Shown one piece after another: positions 37,718 through 49,861 of a DNA stretch of 64,000 nucleotides. The notes under the pieces are model-generated. The model did not search any database, was not told the origin of the DNA, and worked only from the letters and a program-made list of their open reading frames with translations. Location of the stretch: positions 56,420,001-56,484,000 of the forward strand of contig CM060732.1 in NCBI GenBank assembly GCA_030704615.1, given 5' to 3'. Source of the DNA: Takakia lepidozioides. Lineage: Eukaryota; Plantae; Bryophyta. Each line of letters starts with the position of its first letter. Position 1 is the first letter of the stretch. The position numbers and the translations under genes are program-made.

Positions 37718-38273
37718 CCTTGCAAAGGAGGACCTGAGGACGACTTGGATGCAGATGACAATGACCTTGCGGACAGCTACGAAGCCCTTAGATTTTGGAA
37801 ATGATGCGAAGCGGAAGAGCAGTCCGGCCTCCAATAATGGAGCATCTGGGTCCCACGTACCCACCGACGGAGGTGGAACGTGTTCATCACGCCGGCGGTG
37901 GATGAACCCATACATCTTTCTCATCAACAAGTTATAGTTTGAGATCTGCCACCGAAGTCCATCCCCCCGGATGGAAATTCGGCGCCGCATTTACATCGAA
38001 GAGGGGATGGACTTCGTCGTGTCCAGTGGCTATCGGCCCACCTGGCAGTGACTGCCCATAGTTTGCATGGCAGGGTAGGAAACTGAAACGGCTACATTCA
38101 TGAAGCAGCCAATCTTCATCGGTCCAGGATCCTGTAGGGGGGAAATTTAAATGTGCCCTGGAGTGTTTGTGAGAAATTGCAGCGTTAGCTTGAACTTTTT
38201 CCAGCCACCGCGCTGCTCCTCCTCCATCCGGGAGCTGCTGTCATTGAGCGTACTCCGCTACTCTTTTTCAAGG

Positions 38274-38852
38274 ATGCCGTGCCGCCGAAATCCAGCCGAC
38301 TGCCCTTATCATGGCCACGATTATGCTATGTTCAAACCAGAATCAGGAGACATCATTGTTTGGCTCTCTGTTTTCACAGACGCTGCTGGAATCAAGCAAG
38401 AGTCTTTGCGCGCAATGGAGTATCTGGAGGGCTATTACCGCTTTGAGCGAGGTGAGGGCGAGGGTCAATGCGGTCCGTGGGTCCTGAAAATTGTTGACCT
38501 CGATATACCAAGCTGGAAAGGGATGCCGGACAGATCACGCATGGCCTCGCTTTGGAGCTGGAACTGCTGCCAGTGGACCAGGGAGGACGGCACCGGGGAA
38601 AACTATATACGTGCAGATCACTCCGCTCTTCCAGTGTGTGGAGACATTCGGCTGAGTTGCGAAGACGAATCGCACGGGCACATGAGGCCCACAGTGACCT
38701 TGTCAATGTATGATGGTGGTATCATTGATGGACATGACATTGTCGTCGGCTCCAGCAAGGGCAGCAGAATTACCGAATTGCAGTTTACCTCGAGGTGCCG
38801 AAGCAGTGATGAGCTTGTTTTGAGGGGTATCGAAGTTCCGTCGACTTGGTGA
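38274..38852 (+). CDS. Intact copy of hypothetical paralog 1 (192 aa)
   Basis: Uninterrupted frame; homologous to paralog 2. Confidence 0.72.
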   Translation: MPCRRNPADCPYHGHDYAMFKPESGDIIVWLSVFTDAAGIKQESLRAMEYLEGYYRFERGEGEGQCGPWVLKIVDLDIPSWKGMPDRSRMASLWSWNCCQWTREDGTGENYIRADHSALPVCGDIRLSCEDESHGHMRPTVTLSMYDGGIIDGHDIVVGSSKGSRITELQFTSRCRSSDELVLRGIEVPSTW

Positions 38853-39099
38853 AGCCCATGTAGAAGGAGGAAGGGCTTAGTTTTGTCTGCAGTTGGTAAA
38901 TGTGAGACATCATGTCCGATCAATAAACCCATCGTACCTCACTTCTGTATGATTGTGTTTCATTCTGTTGAATAACTGTCCGAATTGGCCCACTGTTTAC
39001 AATTTGATGTCTCATTTCTACAATGTGTCTGTCCGGATGAATATAGCAGAGTAACCGGTATGAGAGTCATGTGTGAGGAATATACCAGAGTAACGCCAT

Positions 39100-39815
39100 G
39101 TCGGACATCGAAATGCGGCACCGCATTTCCATGTCGGACAATGAAATGCGGTGCATCATTTCCGTCCAGGTACACGAAATACCAACACAGGTCTATAAAT
39201 TGGACAGACAACAATGTTGGCATTGCAAATGCGGCGACGCATTTCCAGCTTGGCAATGGAAACTTCTTTTTGGACAAGGGAATGCGGTGCCGCATTTCCG
39301 TCCAACACTTCGAAAAATTGTGACATTTCTGACCAGCGCGATGGAATGCGTTACCGCATTTCCGTGAGAGGGTCTGCAAATGGACAAATTGCGATGTCCG
39401 TTCTGGAAATGCGGCGCCGCATTTCCATGTCCGTCATCGACTTTTTTTTTACAATGGAATGCTTTGCCAATTTTTGCTGATGGGCCTGCAGTTCGAACAA
39501 CGACCATCCCCAATATGGAAATGCGGCACCGCATTTCCAATTCCGCCATCTCGACCTCCTTGTTCGACCTCCTTGTTCGACCTCTGTAAGCGTGGTGGCA
39601 TCCATGCAATGAGCGGAAGAGGCCAAAACTGGCGTGTGGACAAAGGAAATTTTGGAAATGCGGCACCGCATTTCCAATCGGCCGATTACTTTTTACTATG
39701 CCAACATTGAAATGGAAAATTTAGTCCCTCCCCTGTTTTGGAAATGCGGTGCCGCATTTCCAAAAGAGGTTCTTAGAGTTGCCAAAATTTTGGAAATGCG
39801 GTGCCCCATTTCTGA
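39100..39815. repeat. Palindrome cluster (copy of 25318-26090, two tandem units shorter)
   Basis: GGAAATGCGG-NN-CCGCATTTCC copies, e.g. ~39405, 39517, 39654, 39740. Confidence 0.88.
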
Positions 39816-39949
39816 TTTTGGGAGCGTCGTGGTTTGGGCGATTGTGTGGCTGGAATGCACACTGGAGAGGGGTCACGAATGTCGGGCGGAATTTCCTTTA
39901 TATACTCTGGAAGAGAATTTACATTTACAGAGACTTCATTAAAATTCTA

Positions 39950-42900
39950 TTAATCTTGAAAATCATCCGAATCCTCATCATGTTCTAGACTGTCCTGCTC
40001 CGCCTCCACCCCCTCAGTGCCTTTCTCATCTCCAGCGGACTGCTCGTTGGCCAGACTTTCCAAAATCCCATCTTCCCCTTGCGGAACTGTCCATCTCACC
40101 TCCGTTGGGTCGTCTTCCTCCCTGTCTACGTCGCTCTCATCCGCTGAATCACATATGTACTTTCGTACCCGTCTACCTGTCTGAGCTGCTGCCAACTCTT
40201 TCCTTATCCTTCTGTCCTCCCTAGCCCTCTCCAAAATCTGCTCTACTTTACTGGGATTCTCACTTCTTCTAATCGCTGTATTTGCGAGTTTAGCTGCATA
40301 ACTAGGAAGGGAGTAGTCCCTCATCGGGCTCGTCATGAAGTCGGCCCTCGCAAAGAACGGGACATTCTTCCTGGCAGGAAGTGTAGGCCCTACATGTTTC
40401 GACCCGGACCCTGCAATCCTGCACATGACAATCATCAACGAGACTAATGAGAACCACAGTCGGGAAATTCGTTTGACAAAAATGACCCAGAAGGCTTTGC
40501 AAACTTACAATGTTTGCACTCACTCGTATTCCGGGTTCTCCTCCGCATCAATGTCCACTGTGTCTTCCTCGGACTCCGACGAATCCGAGGAGACTTCCGC
40601 TCTGTCGGGAGCCTTAACATTCCGTTGCAGCCCTTCCAGATGGGATCCCCACACGGATGAATCCTCCTCGTAGGCAAAGAGGTGCCGGTCGGAAAACCGC
40701 CCAGCCCACATTGAGGCACCTGTTACAATGCCATCCACACATTACCACATGGCGCTTCAGATGTTGCGAACTACATCCTAACGAGAATTTGCAGAAACAG
40801 CATAGATCAAGATTCTGCATACCTGTCCCACAGATGAGGTCGAGCACTGTGCCCTCCACGTCTGTGCATGTCTCCATAATTGTCTGAATGAAGGCAGGGC
40901 TCCGAGTCCGTGAGTACCGCAGGGGTTCCGTTGAAGTGAGGCTATGAGGGAGAAGTTCCTTGGGAACGTTGTTGAACAGAACGTCGTAATCGAGGGGGTC
41001 GCAGTTCGGGTCAACCTTTCCTCCCTCCTTCCGGAAAGCAAAGGTGGAGTTCTCCTTCACAAAGCAGTATGCATCGAACTGCTTTGTCTGCATACACAGG
41101 GGGGAACGATTAGAAACCGAATGCGGCACCGCATTTGAAAACACCCAAGCAAATGAATGGACGAGTGCCAGTGTCGTAATCACCTTCTTCCCTTCCGACC
41201 GAAGGCCCAGTGTGTTGATGCACGTCCACTTCTTTTTCAGAATCGGGACGGCGCTCTTGCGGGTCCACTTCGCAATTCCTGTCTGAGTGTTTTTTCCTCT
41301 GCTCGCCAGGACAACCACACAGCCTCTGTCGTCCAACACCATGCGGGCAAGCCCGAATCCTTTTTTCCAAAAGTCCTCCGAGTACCTGTTCCAAGATGGC
41401 AAAGCTTGCAGTCCTTCCACAGGCTCTCCGTCCGGAATATCCAAGATGATCATATCGCAAGACCACTCGGTGGCATTTCCGCCCCTCCTACAATCCTTGT
41501 CTGCACACGCCCTCTCAAAGAACGAGACCATATTCTGAAATCATGGGGTGTCGGAAGGCTCTTCGGCAGTCGCCTTCTTCAGTGCTCTGCCCTTCAGACC
41601 CTCCATGGTCTTCATGTATGCCAACTTGGCTGCCCGTCCATCCAAAGCCGCCAAGAAACTCTCATTTACACACTGGACTACTTTTTCGGGAGCCACTTTC
41701 GGCCTCTTCATTTCCACCGGCTCGAAAGGGTGACCCCCTGGGGGGTTGAAGAGTGCCTTCTTTGCCGAGCCAGTTCTCGTGCCTCTCGTGACAACGGTGG
41801 GCACAGGGGAGGCAGCTTGCGTTTGGGGGGTGGGCTGGTTGCAAAGTCTGCATCGGAGTCCTCTTCCTCACCCTCTTCCTGAACAGGCTGTTTCTGCTTC
41901 TTCGTTTTGGCGGGTGTCACAATAGCTGCTCCTTGCTGGCAAGTCCTCTTCTTCGACCCCTTCTGTTGGGCCTGCACAGCTGCATCCACCGACTTTTGTG
42001 CCATCTCAGCTGCCTTTTTGGATTCTTCCAGAGCAGCAGATTCCTTTGCCGACTTTGGCCCAGCAGGGACACGTCTTTCCTTTCTCTTCTCTTCTGCCAA
42101 GGCGTGCAGATCTTTCTCAAACTCGTCAACAATACCGCCAGACATGTCCAGGTACCACGGGCATCCAACGAGATGCGCGGGATGCCATTGTTTCTGCATC
42201 TCGGGTGTGTAGACACAGCTTGGGCCCGCCACGGTCCAAGCCATGAAGAACAGGGGCTCTTGAGCCAGGGCCCCTGTCTGAAGGAGCACGTATTTCATAT
42301 ACCTGCAAGGCAGTCAGCATGCGTGAGCAAAAGTTGAGACCAACCTACTCGCAGAGTGCCACCGAAAACATAAAATACGAATGCGGTGCCGCATTTCCGA
42401 GACAAACCTCGTAACCAGGCTTCGCATACAAGGGCAGCTGTGCTTCACCTGTAAACAATTCGCATTGCAGCTTTCCCCGCTCCCTCCTGATGTGTAAACT
42501 CCACGCTCCTTCTTGCTGTCTGTAGCTCTCTGGCGAAAAGGTTGTCCTTGTATGCACATCTGAAACGTGTCACGTAGTCTTCCAATGTCTGTGTTCCATC
42601 CCATTTGACGTACAAGCCGAACGAATTTGTGTGCATTACGACTTGCTCCTTCGCATTCGACATTACCTGCGATTCCCAAATGCATTGTCACGTAGCAGTT
42701 CAGGGAATTCATTTCAGAAAAGCAAATATGGGGAAGTACCTTGAATTACCCGGAACCACCAAGTCATGCGGTTGAGCCACACATCCACTGCAGGGTCGGA
42801 AACTTCGAGTGGAAAAGACCACATTGTCCTTATGCTCTCGGATGCATTCCAGATCGACAGCCACCGTGTCTGCCATTTCCGATCCAATGTCAGGAGCTGG

Positions 42901-43213
42901 AAGAGAGTGGCTATTGCTAGGAAGGAACTTCAGTGCATTGAAACCTCACCTTCTCTTTCGCCTCCACACATGCCGTTGAGAGGTGATGCAGTTTCTCCAA
43001 TTGCATGGTCGGCTGCATGGCCCGAGAATAGTGTTTTGCAATCTCGGGGATGACGTCCTTTCCAAGTGCCGGATCTGCAATTGCCACCAGCTTCACAAGC
43101 TTTGACTTGTATTTGGTTCTGGACTTGACACCGGCTTCCTTCAAGTGCTCAGTCAATGACTGCAACATTTTGACCTGCCCCTCACTTTCCATGAAGAAGC
43201 GTTTGGCATGGGC
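39950..43213 (-). pseudogene. 3' part of the ParB-methyltransferase gene (duplicate)
   Basis: Same exons as 21917-25181; extra stop at ~41541 and frameshift ~41825. Confidence 0.75.
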
Positions 43214-46055
43214 AGTTGCAAGAGAACCTAGGCAAGTAAGGGTGCATCAGGTGCAGGCCCAGCCAAGAAGAAACAATGATCAGGACCACTATGGTAGGTC
43301 TGGTGGTTATAACAATGGCATGGAAGGGAGAGGTAATTCAAGAGGGAATTACCAAGGAAATTCCAGAGGCAACTATCAGGGTAATCCAAGGGGGAATTAC
43401 CAGCCCGAGAATCAGGATTACAGAAATAATCCAAGAGCAGACCGAGGGCGAGGACCCAATGGTGAAGAACTATGTTACTATTGCAATCAGCCAGGACATC
43501 GCAAGGCAGCCTGTTCATTCTGGATAAGACACCAGAATGAGATGAGAGCTCCTGTGAATGAGGGCCCAGTGGTGGCAGCTCACATGGTTAGGCCATGTGT
43601 TGTACCAGAAGTAAGTACAATGATAGTAACAAGAAGTAAAGCCAAACTAATACCTCCAGTAGTAGAGGAAGAAGATGATAATGAAGGTGGCAGTGATATG
43701 CCGGAAGATGATGAGGCTTGGAGAGATGAGAAGGAACTGCACAAGGAAGTGGCAGATACCATAAGGGAAATGCAGAAGAGTACTGATATTCCTGTGGCAG
43801 ATTCCTCTGATTCTGATGGAGAAGAAGAAGTGAGTGAGGATGAAAGGAAGAAAGAAGATGCAGACATGCAAAGTAATGAAGAGACTTTGGCTGAAGTAAT
43901 ATGCCAGACCAAAGCAGAGATTACCATTGGACAGCTATTGGCTGTGGCACCTTATTGTAGGCACAGGCTGTATCAAGCAATCAATCGAATTGCCCAGGAG
44001 ACAGGAAACACAGACCTGAACAGCAAGGTGACCAGTTATAATGTGAAGCCGGAAGGGCGAGAAACAGTCATGGACTTTGATGATTCTATGCCAGTAATCC
44101 AATTGAGAATTGAAAGCACAGAACTAATTGATGTATTGATAGATGGAGGTTCTGGAGTAAATATCATGACAGACCAATTAAGAAAGAAGCTTGGTCTAAG
44201 TAACATGAAACCAGCCCCATTTACAGTAACAATGGCAGATCAAAGAAGTGTACAACCATTGGGATTAATAAGAGGAGTTAAGATACAGATACAGAAGATG
44301 ATCTTTATGATCACAGTAACTGTGTTGAAGATGGATGAAGTCATGGAGGCTTACTCCTTATTATTGGGACGTCCGTGGCGGAAACAGGCCAGGGTATTCC
44401 ATGACTGGAATTCTCAGTTACTAACCGTGCATAATGGGATACACGAGATACAAATTACCACAAAGAAATCTAGTAGATTACCTGCTACGAGAAGACCTCG
44501 AGGAGTCAGAGAGTATGACTCGAGAGGTGGACTGGATGAGGAGCAGGAAGCTACCCTGTTTGCTGCACACCCAGGGTGGGAGCAGGTTGCAGAGATGAGG
44601 CTGGAAGGCCTAAGTTGTTTAAGGGGTATCTGCTGTGGTGTAGTGTCAACAACACCGATTGAAGAGGAAACTAACAGTTACCCATCACATTTCTATGAAG
44701 AAAAAGAAGGAGAAATGGAAATCCTAGAGGAACCAGCCACTGTGAGTTTACAGGATGAAGTGGTGACTGGTTGGACAATCACAGCTGATGAGCAAGTGAG
44801 GGAAGTGAATGTGGGAACTAAAGAGGAACCGATGATGGTGAAGGTAGGAGCTGATTTGGAGCCAGAATTCTTTGAAGAAGCTAAGAGTTTGTTCATCAAA
44901 TATAGATATGTATTTGCTTGGAGCTATGAGGATTTAAAAGGGATACCAACTGAAATCTGTCAGCATAAGATTGAACTGGAACCGGGGTCAGTACCAATCA
45001 AGCAGGCAAGGTACAGAATGAATCCTAACTACGCACAGAAGGTTGGAGAAGAGATAAAGAAGTTGGCTGAGGCTAAGTTTATATACCCAATAGAGTATAC
45101 AACTTGGTTGTCACCCATTGTGATAGTTCCCAAGCAGAATGGTAAACTAAGAGTTTGTGTGAACTACAAGAAGTTGAATGCTTGTACGAAGAAAGATCCT
45201 TTCCCTTTGCCATTCACAGAAGCAGTATTAGACACTGTGGCAGGCCATGAGATGTACTCATTCATGGATGGCTTCAGTGGTTATAATCAAGTGCAAGTGG
45301 CAGAAGAAGACCAAGGAAAAACAGCTTTCATCACAGACTGGGGTGCTTATGCATACAAAGTCATGCCCTTTGGACTTTGTAATGCACCAGCGACCTTTCA
45401 GAGAGTGATAAGTGAATCTTTTCATGAGTATCTGGATGATTTCATGCAGGTATTCTTGGATGATTTCAGTGTGTACAGCTCTAAGAATGAGCACTTACAT
45501 AAATTGGAGTTATGTCTGGCCAGATGCAAGATGAGAGGTCTGGGCCTGAATCCAGAGAAGTGTACTTTCTGTGTGAACTCAGGGGTGCTTCTGGGACACA
45601 TTGTGTGTAAGAGGGGACTTCTTGTGGATCCCAGGAAAACAGAGGCCTCAACTCGTAAGATACTCATACCCTCCCTAGCACGTTCGAAATGCGGTGCCGC
45701 ATTTCGGTTTCCATTCTGGTTTGTTTCCGTGCTTCCGTGTACTGAACTGCAGAGTGTGCCTTGCAGGGTCACTGAGAATGCGTACGTGCATACCCACATG
45801 GCACATATGCTATACAGGGTGAGGAAAACTGGTCTCACTAATCCGCAGATGTTTGCGGAAATGCTGGAGCCCGAGCTCATTCAGAAAGCCGTTGCAAAAA
45901 CAGACCGGACATGGTATCGTCTGGAATGGTGGAGGTGATATACAAAGTAAGTCGTCCTCCCATTTCCCTCTGCTCATCCTTCCCCAATTTCCTGTAATCT
46001 TTCCACATGAATCGAATGTAACGCTTCTGCATGTTTTTGTTGGCAGTCAAACATC
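43214..46055 (+). other. 2.8-kb inverted segment: element A gag-PR-RT piece (43214-~45645) joined to a MULE-like internal piece (~45646-46055 = 21495-21904)
   Basis: Re-inverting it restores gag continuity (..NCYY|VAREP.., ~10 bp lost) and transposon continuity (21904|21917, ~12 bp lost). Confidence 0.88.
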
Positions 46056-47447
46056 GTAGTAACAATTCTCAGTAGAATGGTTATCCATTTTACAGATAGT
46101 ACAGTGTTTCTCCTTCATGTGGCATTCTGTGGTGGTATGGCCTTCATTCTGGCACTTTGCACACCATACACCCTTCCTCCAATGTGTTGCAGCCTCTGTG
46201 GCATACTTCTTCAAGATTTCTTCCAATATTTTTTCATAGTTATCCCTCTTCAACTTCCCCTTTCTCTTACTCTTGCTTTTTAGTTCTTGCTCTTCTTCTT
46301 CATCTGACTCATCCTCAGAGTCCTCATCATCCCTTTTCTCTCTCCTGAGCATTCCCAATTGCTCAATCCTGTTTGCAGTTTCAAATGCCTCCTCCACTGT
46401 ATTATGGGGTAACATATCCACTTTCTTTTGCAACTCTGGTCTTAGTCCACTCACAAACCAAGTCTTCTGTAACCCTGATGCTGGTACTGCAGCCAGCTTT
46501 TTCATCATCAATTCCATCTTTTCCATATACTCCTCAACAGTTTCATGCTTCTTTTGCTTTAACTGTTGTAAACTCCCATACACTCCATCCTCAGTTTTAC
46601 TTGTCCTGAACCTATTTCGGAATGCTGTATTCAAGCCATTCCAGGTTAGGAAATGATTATCAGGGAATCTTGCATACCATTCACTTGCTTTCTTGATAAG
46701 TGAACAAGGAAACAATCTCATCTTGGCATCATCGCCATTCTCATTGTTCACTATACACATGTGCTCAAATTGGCTAATGTGTACATCGGGATCCCCTTTT
46801 CCTGAATATATTGGAAAAGGTGGTTTTGCCCGTGTTGGTTGTAACGCCATCTGTGGCCCTACCTTCTGCCCACTGACAGGTGCTGGCACCCTTGCTGGTG
46901 CTGGTCCTTCTGGACCTGTTGTTGTTGTGGTGGATATTTCACCAAGTGGTGGCCCTTGAGCACTCCCTGCTACTGGCCCCACGATATTCACAGTATTCCC
47001 AGCTTCAGTTGCACTACTTCCCACACTCCCTGTCCCCCGAGAGCCAGATCCAGGCAGCCCGCCTGATCCCCTTGAGCCGACACCTTTGTTGACCTGTGAT
47101 CCAAGTGCTCCACTTGATCCAGGTCCAACGGGTTGGGATGTCCTGGTTGTAGTCTCAACCTCAGCTGTTGGGTCTACTTCTTCATATTCTTCCTCTTCCA
47201 ATTTCTTCTCTCTGTTTTCATCCTCCAAGTTCTGCCCTTGGGTTTCTTCTTCACTCATGTAACTCAACTGCAATGGTGTTGGAGAGTCTGAACTCTCCGT
47301 TGGCTCTGCCACATCTTCTCCTCCTTCTTCACCTTCCGCTTCAGAAACTGGAGTTCCTGCTTTTGGTGTTTCATGCCAACTCTTATCAAAGATTTCTGTC
47401 AAATCTTTTATCCAGGGATGTACCTCAGATCTTTCACCTCGTGATTG
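46056..47447 (-). pseudogene. gag: Element A gag, middle portion (duplicate of 35352-36666 plus upstream)
   Basis: QSRGERSEVHPW...CTICKMDNHSTENCYY; continues at 55535. Confidence 0.9.
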
Positions 47448-47525
47448 TGTAGTGTGAAGATTTGACCGCACAATCATTTGAGTAACTCTCAGTGCACTAA
47501 CCATCTGAGCTACTGACTGGCAGCT

Positions 47526-49839
47526 AGGGGCGTGAATCCCCTTCTGTGCAAGTCTAGTTGTGCTCTTCCCTAGGTCAATCGGAGGGAAGGAAAGGAGCTC
47601 TCCCTCTCAGCTGATCCAACCATCGTCACTCGGTGTGGGTTTCCATCAGGTCCTTCGTGATCAGAGTTCGCACAATCCTCATCCACGCCGCAGCGGAAGA
47701 GAAGACATGGATGGGGAGTCAGTATTGTTTTCACCCGTGGTTCTACTTCTACACGACATCCTTTCCCTGATACACTGCACCAGCCATGTTACCATGCGGT
47801 CTTCAGTGATGCAACCAGCCCTACGTCAGTGATGACCACTGCCCTTGTGGGCAGCTCTCTTGGTCAACAATACGTGGAATCCCCTTTGTAACAAGATCAC
47901 GATTTGGAAGGCGGCAACGCAGATCTGCCATGAGTTTGCAGGCCCACCAGTTTGGCCCTTCATGGTTTCATGCTTTCTTTATCTTACCTCCCCAATCATC
48001 CATTCCTCATCATAACCTCTTGCTGGTCAACTCTCTCCCTTGTGTCCTTTTCTCTCTCCCTCTCTCTTTCTTTCAGGATAAGTGGGTTCCTCACTCTTTC
48101 CACTGTAACATGCCTATGATGCAATGCAATGCGCATTCAGCCAAGCATCCAGTGCACCCAGCATTGAAATCAACCTTGGTCACACAAGATATAATCAGCC
48201 CTTTTATCAGTCCCTCTCTTGCCAATGACAGATGCTTCACACTCCACTTTTCCCAGGTATAACCATTGCCCAAGACAGCTCTCAACCCTTCTACAGGTCT
48301 CAATTTACACACCCTGACAGCTCTCTTTTTCCCATCAGCTGTGAACCTCAGTGGTTCATGGGCTGAGAGCACTCTGAGAATCAGATCCAAACCCAAACAG
48401 ATGCTGGTTTTTCTGCCCCATCCACATCATCCCTTCTTGTTGTTTCCAAACAGTTCTATCTAACCCTCTCTGGTTTCCTCTACCTACTAAGCTAGTTCCA
48501 CATTGGCTGCAATGTGTCAACATCCCAGGCTAGATTGTTTGTACAAGCTCATGACGTTGAAACAAGGAACAAGAATACAACAACAGTAACCATTCTGTCC
48601 CAGCAACGAGTCTACCCTGTTTCCATTCATTTTCCTACTGTATAATGTAATAGCAGGTGCATCCATCTCCAGCCCATCCTGATTTGAAGTCCAGTGTCTT
48701 CATTCCATTTACAAAGCTCTTTTCCTTCCTCACATGTCAGTGTCTCTTACTACATACAAGAGACAGTTCAAACTTCACAAAGCGATTTCTAAGCAACCAA
48801 AAACCCAAAAAAGGGGGCCAACACTCCTCAAACTTATCTGTCTTATACTCCTTGAAGTGGTGGGTCTGCCTGTCAAGAAGGCACCTTATCCTCTCCCTCG
48901 TCAGCCATCTCCGACGTTTTCTTCTTATCGTGATTCCAGTCCTCATTAAGGCATGACGGCTCTGCTTCAGCTGCTGGCACATCCTTGTGCCTGCCAACCT
49001 CTACCCTATCCTTCTACATGTGCATTTCCTCCCTATGAGGTGATCTGGTCCTACAGCCCTTAAGACAGAGAGCAGATACATAACTTATTTATAGATAGCT
49101 TAAGCGCCATACACACCAGAAGGCGGCACCGCTTCCTCTTGCACAGAAAGCCAAGCCAGATCCCTCAACGTCACTCTTTAAGGCAAGCTGATTCCCTTAC
49201 AAAGTGATCTGGTCCTACAGCTCAAAAACAGACAGCAGCTACAAGATTTGATCACTGACAACCTGAGGCGATAATACACACCAGCCTGCATTTCTCATCC
49301 CCCAACACCTGCTGAGCCACTCCATCTCCTCATTAATGTGCTCACAAATACCATGGCGACAGCAGTGGTGCACCGCCCTTATCACAAACCCGATCCCTCA
49401 GGTTTGATCATTGCTTACGAAGAAGGCGGCACCGCTTCTTCTTGCACAGAAAGCCAAGCAGGAGCTCTTAACATTTCTCTTAAAAGCAAGCTGATACCCT
49501 TTGCGTAGGTGGAACCTTCTCAGATATCCTGTGCTGCCAACACCACTGCAGCAGCTGCGAAAAGATCCACGCACTCTTCCCCTTCGAATTTCACATCCCG
49601 CTTCTAGGGTTCAACATCATGGATGAAAATCATTCATCCTAGGGATGAAAAAGGTGCATGTCATAACTTAGCCATATTTTGTTCTTGGCAGATAAATAGC
49701 ATAGTCCTTCCATGGAATTACCTCAAGTTATGGTCAATTCCTCCCCTTCATTAGCACGAAGGGTACTCCCTTTGTAGTAGTGCCGAAACCTGATGCCAAA
49801 CACAAACTTGAGATTTTTACTCCCTGCATTCACACTACA
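47526..49839 (-). repeat. 3' long direct repeat (LTR)
   Basis: Essentially identical to 53221-55534 (one substitution noticed, ~48643 vs ~54338). Confidence 0.95.
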
Positions 49840-49861
49840 TATGTAGTGTGTCTCCTTTTTT

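Larger units (their letters stand above)
36668..43213 (+). mobile_element. Inverted partial copy of the MULE-like element (right 6.5 kb; equals 21917-28503 reversed)
   Basis: The ORF track mirrors 21.9-28.5 kb almost residue for residue; begins with the same right terminus. Confidence 0.95.

Noticed and set aside
43050-45938. 962-aa ORF as a novel fusion protein
   Set aside because: By-product of the inversion: antisense transposon sequence, gag-pol and intron sequence joined by chance.
47448-47525. Functional tRNA gene
   Set aside because: Acceptor stem does not pair, the anticodon loop is 5 nt and the T-loop is degenerate; kept only as tRNA-like.
47560-48997. Short ORFs duplicated at 53255-54692
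   Set aside because: Identical only because they lie in the LTRs; no coding signature.
49118-49460. GAAGGCGGCACCGCTTC motif (twice per LTR) sharing the GCGGCACCGC core with the transposon palindrome
   Set aside because: Only the 10-bp core matches and the arms differ; it is part of an internal LTR duplication and likely coincidental.
47526-49839. Retrozyme (hammerhead) or Cassandra (5S) identity, suggested by the 4-bp TSD and iMet PBS
   Set aside because: I found no CTGANGA...GAAA hammerhead core or 5S-like segment by eye, and the size is far larger; an Infernal search would settle it.
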